DNA of 63,496 nt, counting the filler, from Octopus bimaculoides (Eukaryota), in assembly GCF_001194135.2 (NCBI RefSeq). It is 5 parts of 5 records of this genome, joined end to end, with 100 filler letters (N's around TTAATTAATTAA, not from the genome) between each part and the next. Parts side by side here need not be neighbours in the genome. Positions count along the whole stretch, not along the records: positions 40,516 to 61,831 come from NC_068983.1; positions 61,932 to 63,496 come from NW_026354442.1; 3 more parts are not named here. The stretch is one strand, 5' to 3'. Positions 50,786 to 63,496 of the stretch are shown here, in pieces. The notes beneath the pieces were generated by a model. The model saw only the letters and a list, made by a program, of their open reading frames with translations. It was not told the origin of the DNA and searched no databases. Both the position numbers and the translations under genes were made by a program. Position 1 is the stretch's first letter. Each line of letters starts with the position of its first letter.

Positions 50786-50909
50786 AACTCATCTCAACAG
50801 TTACATTGTAGCTTTCATTACTGTTTCCAAATTCAATAGAAAATTTGTAGAGATTACTCAAAATTGTATGATATATGAACGCCAGCTGATATATGCTTGT
50901 AAAAACTAC

Positions 50910-50982
50910 GTCTCTCTATGTGTGTCTCTCTATGTGTGTCTCTCTATGTGTGTCTCTCTATGTTTGTCTCTCTATGTGTGTC
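50910..50982. repeat. 14-bp minisatellite (GTCTCTCTATGTGT)x5
   Basis: Direct inspection. Confidence 0.95.
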
Positions 50983-51551
50983 TAACATCGACCTGCCTTA
51001 GAAGTCCAAGCTATTTTTACACAAGGTGGCTGTTAGTATTTCTCAATGACTAAACGTTCACAATCTGCAATATTAAACCTCAGTTGCACGCATTTAACCA
51101 AACAATCTCATTTTATATGTCAACGACATGCTTCAGTAACCATGTGATATTCTATTCGTTTGAAAAAAAAAAACTTTTTCTCTCTCTCTCCTACAAAGGG
51201 ACAACTTTAAAATGTCCTTTGCCTCTTATCTTTATGATACATTACCTTATTCTAACTCTCCAAATTAATACACAACAGAATGTAAGACGTTCCTTTTGTA
51301 CAACTGCTTACAGCTTCGTAGTACTGTGACGGAGCTGTTGTCTGGTTTAAGAGAATGTGAAGGATGAATGTTCTAGACTCTACAGGTTTGTCATGAAGGT
51401 GAAAAGCATAATTAAGGCAAGATCAATAGACGAGTCTTTCACCAATTTGGAATCGACAAGTACAGAGAAACATGTAAAATATTTGACTGACTGCAGTGTT
51501 GAGAAACAATAGGTTTTGGACGTAGATCTGTTGTGAGCCGTAAGAATCGTA

Positions 51552-51812
51552 AGGCCGGAGTTTAACCCGGTTTCCAGGGTGCATAATTGACCTAGATCAC
51601 AGTCCCACCCATCTATCCACTAAAACGGGTCACTGTTAAGTTGTTGGGTTAACTTCCATATATGACTGGAACTCATATATGGCTGAATCGACTAGTGCAA
51701 CGTGGAATGAAATGGTTTTCTCAAGAACACAACGCACTATTATCCGCTCCGGAAATCGAAATCCCGATATTAACGATTGCACAACACTTTGTCCACTGGA
51801 CCACGCGCTTTC
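51552..51812 (-). mobile_element. tRNA-derived CORE-like SINE (diverged)
   Basis: gtgcaacgtggaatgaaatggttttctcaagaacacaacgcac...ccggaaatcgaaatccc; related to 22085-22302. Confidence 0.7.
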
Positions 51813-51889
51813 GCAGATACAGTAGAGGCTATGTAAAACTAATACCAATAATTAATGGGTGAGTGTTTGTGTGTATAGCACAACACTTG

Positions 51890-52330
51890 CTCTCGACATA
51901 GCTGGAAAACTAGGACAGTAAATTCTTGACATTCTAAGAACGAGAAATAAAACTGCTGCGGTCAACGGTGATCTCTCAAAGGAGGCAATAATTGTGAACG
52001 GGTAGCTCAGAAAACACTTTTAAAGCTGCTACTGTCTGCAATATCTCCCTTAAACATGTCCCCAGTTATACTAACATCCTCTGTCACTAGTTATGTTCCA
52101 ATATCAAAGACAAACCAGAATGTTAAAATCTCCACAAATATCTCAATGCACTGTACATGTGCGCTAAACAAAACGTGAAATTTAAGGCTGGAAGATTTCA
52201 GGCATTTCGAAATCAACTCTCAGTATTCTTCAACCAGGATACACAAGAACAGTGAGTATTGCCACTCTAATATCGTAATCAACGTGTGATCCAGTGATTT
52301 AAGTCCTTACATCTCTGGTCATAATCGTGC
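51890..52330 (+). pseudogene. Decayed CR1-like reverse transcriptase fragment
   Basis: RTRNKTAAVNGDLSKEAIIVNG resembles the R.Q.V.VNG..S....V.SG segment preceding PQG. Confidence 0.4.
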
Positions 52331-52709
52331 TTTAAGTTAGTGACAATGTACAGACGATTAGCGGAATAAACTTTAATATCATTTAGAAGGAAAATATAAG
52401 CAAAAGCATGTTGGTCTTGTGATATGTATTAGCTTTTATGGCCACCCAGATTATGAGTGGTCACCACACAGGGTTAAGAGCTGAAGTTTACAAGGTTATT
52501 TCACCAGGAACACTGTTGGCATGCCTCAATCCAAAAGTCCCACGTTCCCCATGTAGATTTAGGAGCAGATAGTGGGAGAGTTACAGGACCTCAAGTCTCG
52601 CAGTTTTTCAATATCTCGCCAAAAAAACCTGAAATATCTACAAGGAATACATTCTAACAGGTTCGAACGCAAAGTTTGGACTTCTATTGCTCTAATCCAA
52701 GACAAACCT

Positions 52710-53487
52710 GTGACGTTCTAGCTCACTTCCGCTATTTATAGCAGTGCTTGAAAGGAACGTGTGTAGCGTGTGATCGTCGGGTTGACCATGACAGAAGGCT
52801 AAGCAGAGAATTTGCATCACATGTTGTCAAAAGCCTGGCAATACCTGTTCAGAGGCCTGCGCAAGGTATTCAAAAAGTTTTCATCGTTCTCGAAACAATC
52901 AAGGAGATCTTGTGCAACTAAAACCCCAGTGTCCTTTTGGTCAGCTGAAAGCAGTTTCGGCACAAACTTGGCAGACACGCTTCTCACACCCATATCTTCA
53001 GTGATAAGGAACTGAACTGAGCCGTATCTAATCTGCACATCCTCTGATAACCCACGGATGGTGATTCGACGATCTCCCTTCACAGCTGCACGAACACCTG
53101 CAATGTTTGCCTCAGTTCTGCTGGTTGCGGGTTCTCCCAGAACGTCGTCGCTATCGACTTCTTTTCGGCCATCTTGGAAACACATGAACCACTCGTACAC
53201 TTGGGTGTGGGTCCTACACTTCTCTCCATATACATTCTGCAACTTTGCATTGGCCTCTGAGCAGGTATCGCCATGACAACTTTCTCTGTCATGGTCAATG
53301 CGACGATCACACGCTACACACGTTCCTTCCAAGCACTGCTGTAAATAGCGGAAGTGAGTTAGAACGTCAAAACTTAGTGCGCATATACGCAGAGGTCATG
53401 GGCAATCTGCGCCAAGCAGCTACACTCTGAGTGCTTTAGCTTCGTTACTATGGCGACAGTTTGGATACTTATTGATCAGACCTCGCA
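52710..53487 (-). mobile_element. Mariner element, 5' part, with an inverted copy of its own 5' region
   Basis: TIR (CGAGGTCTGATCAATAAGTATCC on minus) at 53463-53485; transposase N-terminus follows; 52713-52858 is an inverted copy of ~53253-53372. Confidence 0.88.
52860..53293 (-). pseudogene. Mariner transposase N-terminal HTH region, truncated before the DD34D domain
   Basis: QVYEWFMCFQDGRKEVDSD...G.PATSRTEANI...VKGDRRITIR...VSAKFVPKLLS (WVPHEL-like motif)...DENFLN. Confidence 0.92.
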
Positions 53488-53750
53488 TACATACATAAAA
53501 ACATACATATATACACTTATACTTACACACACACACACAGATATATACATACATATATATACATATATATATATGTATATATATATAGACACCCACCTAT
53601 ACATACGCATCTTAACATTAATGCTTCCATCAGCTACAAATATACACATACATACATACATACATACATCCGTCCATACATACATACGTACACACACACA
53701 CACACACACACANNNNNNNNNNCATACATACATCCGTCCATACATACATA

Positions 53751-53787
<37 letters not shown>

Positions 53788-54180
53788 GTAGACATCGCGA
53801 TATGGCTGATTCTTGAAGAAGTTCGCATTGCAATCGCTGCCTCCTGAGTCTGGGTCTTATTCCCACTGCGTGAGATCTTAGGCGAGTGTCACTATCCATG
53901 GCCATCCAGTCGACCCATGCACCGATAATGGAACTGGTTCGACGCTGCGTACAGACATCTGATGGAATGTACCAGTAATTCACACACATATATAGCTGTA
54001 CATTCACCATCGACTCATGGTGGTGATGTCGGTGGCGGCAGTGGGGGTGTCGGCGGTGGGAGCAATGAATAAAACATGAGTGCCACACATAAGTCAATAA
54101 TCTGTGATCACTTGATTAAATATACATATCATTATTAGAGATAGATAGCATCGATATGGTAAATATATAAACATTGACAT

Positions 54181-54221
<41 letters not shown>

Positions 54222-55056
54222 GTAGTGGGAATACATATTAGGGATGTTGAGGTATGGTGGTGGGTGCTGGTTGATCGTTGGTGGAAGTCATGGGCGGACA
54301 AATGTTTATTGATTGTAAAAGTACATTTAAATCAATTCAATTCTCATAGGCTTTGTTGGATGAAATCTGAGTACGTTACATCACACACACGCACACGCCC
54401 GCACACACACTCACACAATCACATATACACACTTACACACACATACACACAGACACATACATATATGTATATATATATACGCATATATGATAGACACCCA
54501 CCTATACATGCGCATCTTAACATTAATGCTTCCATCAGCTACAAATAAAAGCCGGTGATACATCATTGCTAAATGTGTGTGTGTGTGTGTGTGTACGAGG
54601 GAGTGTGTGTGTGTGTGATTGCGCGCACGTGCACGTGCGTGTGCATGTGTGTGCGTACGTGGGCGTGTGTACGTGTGTGCGTGCACGTGCTCGTATGAGT
54701 GTGTACGTGAGAGTGTGTGTATGTGTGTACACGTGTGTACGCACATGTGTACGTGTGTATGTACACGTGTGTGTGTACGTGTGAGTGTGTGTGTACGTGC
54801 GCATGTATACGAGTTTTAGTGTGTGTGTGTTTGTGTGAGATGCGTACGTCGGAGTGTGTATGATGTGTATGTGCGCATGTGCACAAATGAGTGTGTGTGT
54901 ATGTGTGTGTATGTGTGTGTATGTGTGTGCTTCTGCGTGCGTGACGGGAAACGATGACCTTCACATTCGGCTATTGATTTGCCAATGTCATTCCGTCCTT
55001 GACCGAACATCGATACAAACGGCGCCGTCAGCAGCAGCAGCGGCAGCAGCGACGGC

Positions 55057-55092
<36 letters not shown>

Positions 55093-56410
55093 CGTAGCAG
55101 TAGTAGTAGTAGTAGCAGTAGTTGTGGTAGTGCTAGTGATAGGTGGTGGTGATGTTGTTATTGTTGTTGTTGTTGTTGTTTCTGGTGGTGGTGGTGGTGG
55201 TGGTTGCAACAGTAGCAGCAGCAACAATATTACTAGAAACGACAGACAGACAGAACAACAACAGCAGTTGGGCACCGACAGCAGCTTCACCTGTAGCAGC
55301 GGTGGCAGCAGCGGCAACTTGTAGGTGTTGCTATGGTTACGGTTAGTTCTATAAATGGCCTTCACGAAGGTCATCGGACTGACAGACNNNNNNNNNNNNN
55401 NNNNNNNNNNNNNNNNNNNNNNNNNNNNNNNNNNNNNNNNNNNNNNNNNNNNNNNNNNNNNNNNNNNNNNNNNNNNNNNNNNNNNNNNNNNNNNNNNNNN
55501 NNNNNNNNNNNNNNNNNNNNNNNNNNNNNNNNNNNNNNNNNNNNNNNNNNNNNNNNNNNNNNNNNNNNNNNNNNNNNNNNNNNNNNNNNNNNNNNNNNNN
55601 NNNNNNNNNNNNNNNNNNNNNNNNNNNNNNNNNNNNNNNNNNNNNNNNNNNNNNNNNNNNNNNNNNNNNNNNNNNNNNNNNNNNNNNNNNNNNNNNNNNN
55701 NNNNNNNNNNNNNNNNNNNNNNNNNNNNNNNNNNNNNNNNNNNNNNNNNNNNNNNNNNNNNNNNNNNNNNNNNNNCGTGGTGGTCAGCAAGTTTAAAACA
55801 TTTTAAATAAAGCAGTTTGTTCACCACCGCTACCGCCGCCCGTTTCAATTTCATTGCCCCTCCCTTTCACCTGAGAAACAGCCATAGTTGACACTTTTAC
55901 CACACCGCCCATCATCATCATCATCATCATTGTCCTAATCATATTTGTCTTGTATATGGCCATATCTACCTAGACCAAACACAGTAGGTTAATGTTCATA
56001 TGTTAATGTTTATGACTATGTCTACCGAGATCTGATACAGAGTCCTATGTCCATGTGTTAGTGTATACGGCTATGTCCACCTTGGCCAGAAACAGCATGT
56101 CTATGCTGGGCCTCGTGTGGCCCCGTCTAGCTAGGCTTGATACAGTAGGTATCTGTTCCGTGCCATCCTGTTTTATTCCCATAAACCTTATTCGAAGCAC
56201 AATGGAGAACAACAGAGAAAAGCATGATGGTGGCGGTGCGGGGGTGAGGGATTTGGCTGTTATTTCAGGTTGACTGAATGCTCGCTCAGACAGACATGAC
56301 AAACAGACAGACAGGCCGAGAGGGAAGACACAGACAGAGAGACAGACAGACTGACAGACAGACTAACAGATAGATAGACAGACAGATAGACAGACAGATA
56401 GAACGGACAA

Positions 56411-56446
<36 letters not shown>

Positions 56447-57914
56447 TTAGATAGATAGATAGATAGATAGGCAGCCATCGTGAGTACATAGCTTGTTATA
56501 AAACATAATGCATATAAGATGTGTATATTTAATGCATCTGATGTAGGCATACATGTGAAGTATGTATGAATATAGAGCATGTATGTGTGTGTGTATATAT
56601 GTGTGTGCGTGTGTGTGTGCGTGTGTGTGTATGTATGTATGTATGTATGTATGTATGTATGTTTGTATGTATGTGTGTATAACAAACGTATGTATACATG
56701 GTGTTGTGCGTATATAAAGAGGAAGAAATCATAACAGGTGCTGGAAGGTGACGTAATACTCAGAACATGTTTCGATAGCATGAATTAAGGTCGATACCAT
56801 TTCCAGCAAGATAGCAGAAGGAGGGAGGAGAAGGAGGGAAAGGAGACAGTGAATGAGGGAGAGAAAGAAACATGTAGACAGACAGATAGCAGAGTGAGAG
56901 GGGGAGAGAGGCAGAGACGGGGAAAGAGAGTGGCTCCATCGGAAGTAGTCGAAACTATAAAGACTAGTCGCCAGCTAATGCGGGGGATGTCCCACTATGG
57001 CAGATCTATGCTTGTATGTATATATATGTATGTATATATATANNNNNNNNNNNNNNNNNNNNNNNNNNNNNNNNNNNNNNNNNNNNNNNNNNNNNNNNNN
57101 NNNNNNNNNNNNNNNNNNNNNNNNNNNNNNNNNNNNNNNNNNNNNNNNNNNNNNNNNNNNNNNNNNNNNNNNNNNNNNNNNNNNNNNNNNNNNNNNNNNN
57201 NNNNNNNNNNNNNNNNNNNNNNNNNNNNNNNNNNNNNNNNNNNNNNNNNNNNNNNNNNNNNNNNNNNNNNNNNNNNNNNNNNNNNNNNNNNNNNNNNNNN
57301 NNNNNNNNNNNNNNNNNNNNNNNNNNNNNNNNNNNNNNNNNNNNNNNNNNNNNNNNNNNNNNNNNNNNNNNNNNNNNNNNNNNNNNNNNNNNNNNNNNNN
57401 NNNNNNNNNNNNNNNNNNNNNNNNNNNNNNNNNNNNNNNNNNNNNNNNNNNNNNNNNNNNNNNNNNNNNNNNNNNNNNNNNNNNNNNNNNNNNNNNNNNN
57501 NNTATATACATACGTACATACATTCACACACATGTGTATGTTTATTATAAAAGTTTCTGTATGTGTGTATTGGTGTAAAAATAGCTTCTACAAGTTCTTT
57601 TACTCTTGCTTTGCTCCAAATGTAAATGTAGTCTTTGGCAAATACAAAGGGGTTTCAGACAAGTCATTGAGTTTAGCAGCAAAGAGTTTCCGTCTGTAAA
57701 ACAAGAATACACCAGTGCAATGGAATGCTGTGTATATGTGTGTGTGTATGCGTGCATATATACATATACATACATACATACATATATATATGTGCATATA
57801 TATATATATATGCACACGTGTATGCGAGCATGTATATATATATGTGGATATATGTACGTGTATATGCGTGTGTGTGTGTGTGTGTGTACACACAGACACA
57901 CACACGTTCACACA

Positions 57915-57951
<37 letters not shown>

Positions 57952-58602
57952 CTGACAGGTTATTATACATCGGTCAATCCTTCACACACCTAAATTACGC
58001 TTTCATAGTGTTTACATGTGTAGCGGTATGCGTATGTTTGTGTGTGTATAGAGAGAGAGAGAGNNNNNNNNNNNNNNNNNNNNNNNNNNNNNNNNNNNNN
58101 NNNNNNNNNNNNNNNNNNNNNNNNNNNNNNNNNNNNNNNNNNNNNNNNNNNNNNNNNNNNNNNNNNNNNNNNNNNNNNNNNNNNNNNNNNNNNNNNNNNN
58201 NNNNNNNNNNNNNNNNNNNNNNNNNNNNNNNNNNNNNNNNNNNNNNNNNNNNNNNNNNNNNNNNNNNNNNNNNNNNNNNNNNNNNNNNNNNNNNNNNNNN
58301 NNNNNNNNNNNNNNNNNNNNNNNNNNNNNNNNNNNNNNNNNNNNNNNNNNNNNNNNNNNNNNNNNNNNNNNNNNNNNNNNNNNNNNNNNNNNNNNNNNNN
58401 NNNNNNNNNNNNNNNNNNNNNNNNNNNNNNNNNNNNNNNNNNNNNNNNNNNNNNNNNNNNNNNNNNNNNNNNNNNNNNNNNNNNNNNNNNNNNNNNNNNN
58501 NNNNNNNNNNNNNNNNNNNNNNNNNNNNNNNNNNNNNNNNNNNNNNNNNNNNNNNNNNNNNNNNNNNNNNNNNNNNNNNNNNNNNNNNNNNNNNNNNNNN
58601 NN

Positions 58603-58635
<33 letters not shown>

Positions 58636-59250
58636 TCTCTCTCTCTCTCCCTCGCTCTCTCTCTCTCTCTCTCGCTCGCTCTCTCTATCTCTCTCTCTTC
58701 ACTCTCTACTTATACTGGTACGAGGTAGACATTTTGACAAGAACAAAGGAATCAGAGGGATCCGCTTCGTTGTTTGTCTGCTTCGGCATCGTTTCTACAG
58801 CGGGATGCCCTTCCAAGCGCCGACCACTTTACACAGTATGTATATATAAGTAAATATATATGTATACGTGTGAGTAAGTATTTGTATGTGTGTGTGTGTG
58901 TGTGTGTAATTATCATTAATATTTATAAGAAGTAACAGAGTGACGCAAGATCCGAGAGTTTGTTGTGTTGGAACTTACCAAAGTTTAATAAGTTCCAACG
59001 CAGTTCGTTTTTTATGATGTCCTGTACCCATATATGCATGTATATATACATATATATGTAGGTATGTCCATATATGTATGTATATATGCATATATTTATA
59101 TATTATTTATATTATTATATGATCGAACGCTGCACATCCATTTCCATGTGTATATACATATATACGTAAGTATGTAGACGTATGTATGTATATATGCATA
59201 TATATTATTTACATTATTATATATACACGCACATATACACACACACACAT

Positions 59251-59281
<31 letters not shown>

Positions 59282-59957
59282 NNNNNNNNNNNNNNNNNNN
59301 NNNNNNNNNNNNNNNNNNNNNNNNNNNNNNNNNNNNNNNNNNNNNNNNNNNNNNNNNNNNNNNNNNNNNNNNNNNNNNNNNNNNNNNNNNNNNNNNNNNN
59401 NNNNNNNNNNNNNNNNNNNNNNNNNNNNNNNNNNNNNNNNNNNNNNNNNNNNNNNNNNNNNNNNNNNNNNNNNNNNNNNNNNNNNNNNNNNNNNNNNNNN
59501 NNNNNNNNNNNNNNNNNNNNNNNNNNNNNNNNNNNNNNNNNNNNNNNNNNNNNNNNNNNNNNNNNNNNNNNNNNNNNNNNNNNNNNNNNNNNNNNNNNNN
59601 NNNNNNNNNNNNNNNNNNNNNNNNNNNNNNNNNNNNNNNNNNNNNNNNNNNNNNNNNNNNNNNNNNNNNNNNNNNNNNNNNNNNNNNNNNNNNNNNNNNN
59701 NNNNNNNNNNNNNNNNNNNNNNNNNNNNNNNNNNNNNNNNNNNNNNNNNNNNNNNNNNNNNNNNNNNNNNNNNNNNNNNNNNNNNNNNNNNNNNNNNNNN
59801 NNNNNNNNNNNNNNNNNNNNNNNNNNNNNNNNNNNNNNNNNNNNNNNNNNAAAGGCGGGAAAGAAACGAGGAGGAATTGGAGGAGAGAGGGAACTGGGTG
59901 AGGGAACGTTTTCATCATGATGATCCTCATCAGCATTGTCACCATCACCACCACCGC

Positions 59958-60026
<69 letters not shown>

Positions 60027-60549
60027 GCACACCATTAATAGTACCCTTATTATTCTTATTCTAATTATTATTCAGATATCTGCCATCACCAGATCATGTC
60101 TCCAGATGTGAAAGATGCGAGAGATGGTGGTGTGGGGGATTACGGAAGTCGTTTGCATGGAGATGACGTTGAGCCAGACGTTAAAAAAGATGTGATAAAA
60201 AGATACACCTTGTTACTGTTTCTTTAGCCCCCTAGGGCAGCCCCGGCCCAACTGAGAGACCTACGATCAACCAATCTGTGATTATCCATGACCAACCCGC
60301 CTCATAGGGGATGCCTGTCCAGGGCTACATTTTCTGATGTGTGATAATCTCGTGTTTAAAGCAGTAATGCAATAATTAGAGGCAGATCTTGCTGCGATTT
60401 CTAGCAGATCTAGAGATCACATAAAGGCACCAGATGCTGCAGAGGTCAGATATAGAACACAAGAGTCTTTATCGGTGAATTCAACATCAACAATAACAAC
60501 AACATCGGTGACGGCCTTAACAATGATAGCCACACCTACAACAACGATG

Positions 60550-60587
<38 letters not shown>

Positions 60588-60782
60588 AACACTACCAGCA
60601 ACTACCACTACAGGAACAACACCACCACCAACATCATCAACAACAACAACAACGACCACTGATTGGACAATAATAATAATAGCCACAGTGATAACAACAT
60701 CAACAACTGACCGTTTTACAACATAAACAGTTCAGACTGGTTTTCAAAACAGCGACGCCAAACGTCACATTTTTTAAACATC

Positions 60783-60813
<31 letters not shown>

Positions 60814-60851
60814 CTATACACTTATAAACGTGAGAGTATTTGTGTATGTCG

Positions 60852-60896
<45 letters not shown>

Positions 60897-61095
60897 TATA
60901 CATATATGTGTATGTCGGTGTGTATATGTATATTATGTATATGAATAGGTATACGAGCGTGTGTATAGATGTGTGTGTGTGTGCGTGTGTGTGTATGTTC
61001 ATATAAAAATATGTGAACTGATAACAAGTTTGTGGGAGAGAGAGAGAGAGTGTGTGTGTGTGTGTGTGAGAGAGAGAGAATGAGAGAGCGAGAGT

Positions 61096-61131
<36 letters not shown>

Positions 61132-61134
<3 letters not shown>

Positions 61135-61298
61135 GGTGGCCCAAAAGTAGGTGCACAGTTATTCAACTATCTCTTTCGCATTCATATATTAACAGTTTAG
61201 ATCTTAATTATAAAAATAAATGTGAAACCATTATTCTATGTTAATAGAAATTTCAAGTGCCTGCATGATAACTGTAAACTTACTTTTGGGCCACCCAG
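61132..61298. mobile_element. Tc1/mariner-type MITE
   Basis: TIRs GGTGGCCCAAAAGTA(G/A)GT..ACAGTTA at both ends, flanked by TA. Confidence 0.88.
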
Positions 61299-62152
61299 TA
61301 TAATATATACATATATATATATATATATATTTAAAATAAGCTGCAAAAACATCTGAAAAATATCACAAAACAATACTATTTTTCCCACCTTGTTTCATAT
61401 TTATGCTTACACAGACACATGCACACACGGACATTTATTATTGCTAGCTTGGCGGGGAGGGCAGCGGCCAACAACCTTTACAAGATCTCCGAGACACGAG
61501 TCAGAGGGGTGAGAGGGAGGAGGAGAGATCCTCCGACAGCGGATCTGTCCCGAATGCATGCAACAGATTGTGGATGTCTGCACAGATATATGCATGTGTG
61601 CAGCTGCTTGTGTGTGCGTGAGTTAAAAATGGTGATCAATTATTAATTTAATATATAAATAGATAATTAGGTGTGGGAGGGTATAGAGAATTGAAACCAT
61701 TAGAAACTGTGAAAATATGAATATCTGTAGGCAGAAAGACAGACAGACAGACAGATATATAGTTGTATAGGTATTTAAGAAATATATACACATGTCTGTG
61801 TGCGTGAGTGTATATATATATATATATATATNNNNNNNNNNNNNNNNNNNNNNNNNNNNNNNNNNNNNNNNNNNNTTAATTAATTAANNNNNNNNNNNNN
61901 NNNNNNNNNNNNNNNNNNNNNNNNNNNNNNNCAAAACTTGTGAAAACAAAACATTTGTACTACACAGGCAAAGGCAATTTCAGGCAGGTTTGTATCGAAA
62001 GGGTTAAAAACACCTCTACATTTGGGCAGATGGACATTAGTAGTTCGAAGGTTGTGGATTGAAGGAAATTTAGGCTGTTATTTCTAGCATATAAAGTGAT
62101 CACATTGAGGTCTCCTTCTCTCATGTCTTCTGCTGATTATTTTTCTTCTTAA

Positions 62153-62373
62153 CCCTTTTGTTACTGGATTTCTGTTGAGATGCTCTGTGTTTCTTTCAAT
62201 TAATTTTAAATATAACAAAGAATTTAGTAAAATAACTTGGTTATTATTAAGCTAGTGTTAGGAACATAAATTGTGGCTAAGGTTTGGTGGAAGATTTTAA
62301 TTCAAAACTTATAAAAACAAGACATTTGTACTCAGAGCCAGAGCCAGGTTCAGCAGGGTTGGTCATGAAAGGG
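62153..62373. mobile_element. piggyBac-like MITE
   Basis: TTAA|CCCTTT ... AAAGGG|TTAA (TTAA at 62149-62152 and 62374-62377). A second 3'-end copy ends at 62003-62007. Confidence 0.85.
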
Positions 62374-63002
62374 TTAAATTTGGATCATTTTAAAACTAGA
62401 GGTTTGTGTCATTGAACCAGCAATCTTAGGCAGGTCAGTATCAAAAAAGTTAATATTGTGATCTAGCATGGCCATACACATACACACAAACATGCAGATT
62501 AAAAGTTGATATTAGTAACGGAATATATGAACAAAGGAATAACAGAATATAACTTGTACCAGTTGAATTGTATGCGCGCACAAGAATATTAAAGTGAAAC
62601 TGGCGAAAATTTTGCCCAGGGACGCCTCTTGCAGCAAAGCTTAATAGCAATGTAGTTGATGCTAGCATAGTTTATGTAGTTAATGAAGAGATTTTAATTA
62701 CTTGAAATTAATTAAAATTAACTAAATATAGAACTCAGTGGAGCTGGGGGGGATTAAGTTTGGATTGGTACCTTTGAGTATAAGAGAGGCAGACTTGATT
62801 AAAGAAAGAAAATAACAGCATTACACACACACACACACATATAGAGAGATAGATAGATATATAGATAGATAGATAGATATAAATATTTAAAGGTAAGATC
62901 AAAGGATCAAGGTGTAGGAAATTAGTCAGCTTCAAGCAGTCCATGGAAGATATAAAGAACAACTTTTGGGAACAATAGGGGTTTATTGATATGCAGAAGG
63001 TT

Positions 63003-63196
63003 CTTTTTTGCTTTTATTCTTTTACTGGTTTCAGTCATTTGACTGTGGCCATGCTGGAGCACCGCCTTTAGTCGAGCAAATCGACCCCAGGACTTATTCT
63101 CTGGAAGCCTAGTACTTATTCTATCGGGCTTTTTTTGCCAAACTGCTAAGATATGGGGACGTAAACATACCAACATTGGTTGTCAAGCGATGGTGG

Positions 63197-63231
<35 letters not shown>

Positions 63232-63390
63232 CGACAGCCTTCTTTCAGTTTCCATCTACCAAATCCACACACAAGGCTTTTGTTGGCCCGAGGCTATAGT
63301 AGAAGATACTTGCCCAAGGTGCCATGCAGTGGGACTGAACCTGGAACCATGTGGTTGGTAAGCAAGCTACTTACCAGCACAGCCTGCACC
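63003..63390 (-). mobile_element. tRNA-derived SINE family C, near full length, with internal (CA)(TA) microsatellite
   Basis: Head ...gtggtaagtagcttgcttaccaaccacatggttccaggttcagtccc; CORE-like accttgggcaagtatctt; fragments elsewhere in the window. Confidence 0.92.
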
Positions 63391-63496
63391 TAGAAATATC
63401 TGTGATAGTGTTTCTTTGAATATTGTTCTGAAAATGGGGAATAAACTATTTTTACTGCTTTAATCCCGAAACTGGATCCAATTCACACATACATAG

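Noticed and set aside
61440-61560. GC-rich patch with a GC box and a small hairpin as a possible promoter
   Set aside because: Short, with no CpG island, no adjacent gene and no other supporting signal.

Overview
This is eukaryotic, AT-rich, microsatellite-saturated draft-assembly DNA with many N gaps. The repeat families and (CA/TA/TAA/CAT)n density suggest an octopus genome, probably O. bimaculoides; this is an inference from recognised repeat consensuses, not a database hit. I could not identify an intact host gene, tRNA, rRNA or CRISPR array, and almost all listed ORFs are read-throughs of simple repeats or gaps. The window is mostly transposon remains: tRNA-derived SINEs of several families, RLE-type (R4/Dong-like) LINE remnants, a Penelope GIY-YIG remnant, CR1-like fragments, a Chapaev-like transposase, a mariner transposase, and mariner, piggyBac and palindromic MITEs. 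The best leads are: (1) a ~1.8 kb element with a nearly intact L1/Tx1-type ORF1 (zinc knuckle) but no ORF2, split by a -1 frameshift with a GC stem-loop just downstream; (2) two oppositely oriented arrays of nuclear-receptor-like AGGTCA/TCAAGG motifs at 42.5-43.9 kb; (3) a TSD-flanked SINE insertion carrying a 233-bp copy of neighbouring DNA; (4) an internally deleted R4/Dong element; (5) a hammerhead-core-like motif. A few orphan exon candidates are reported at low confidence.
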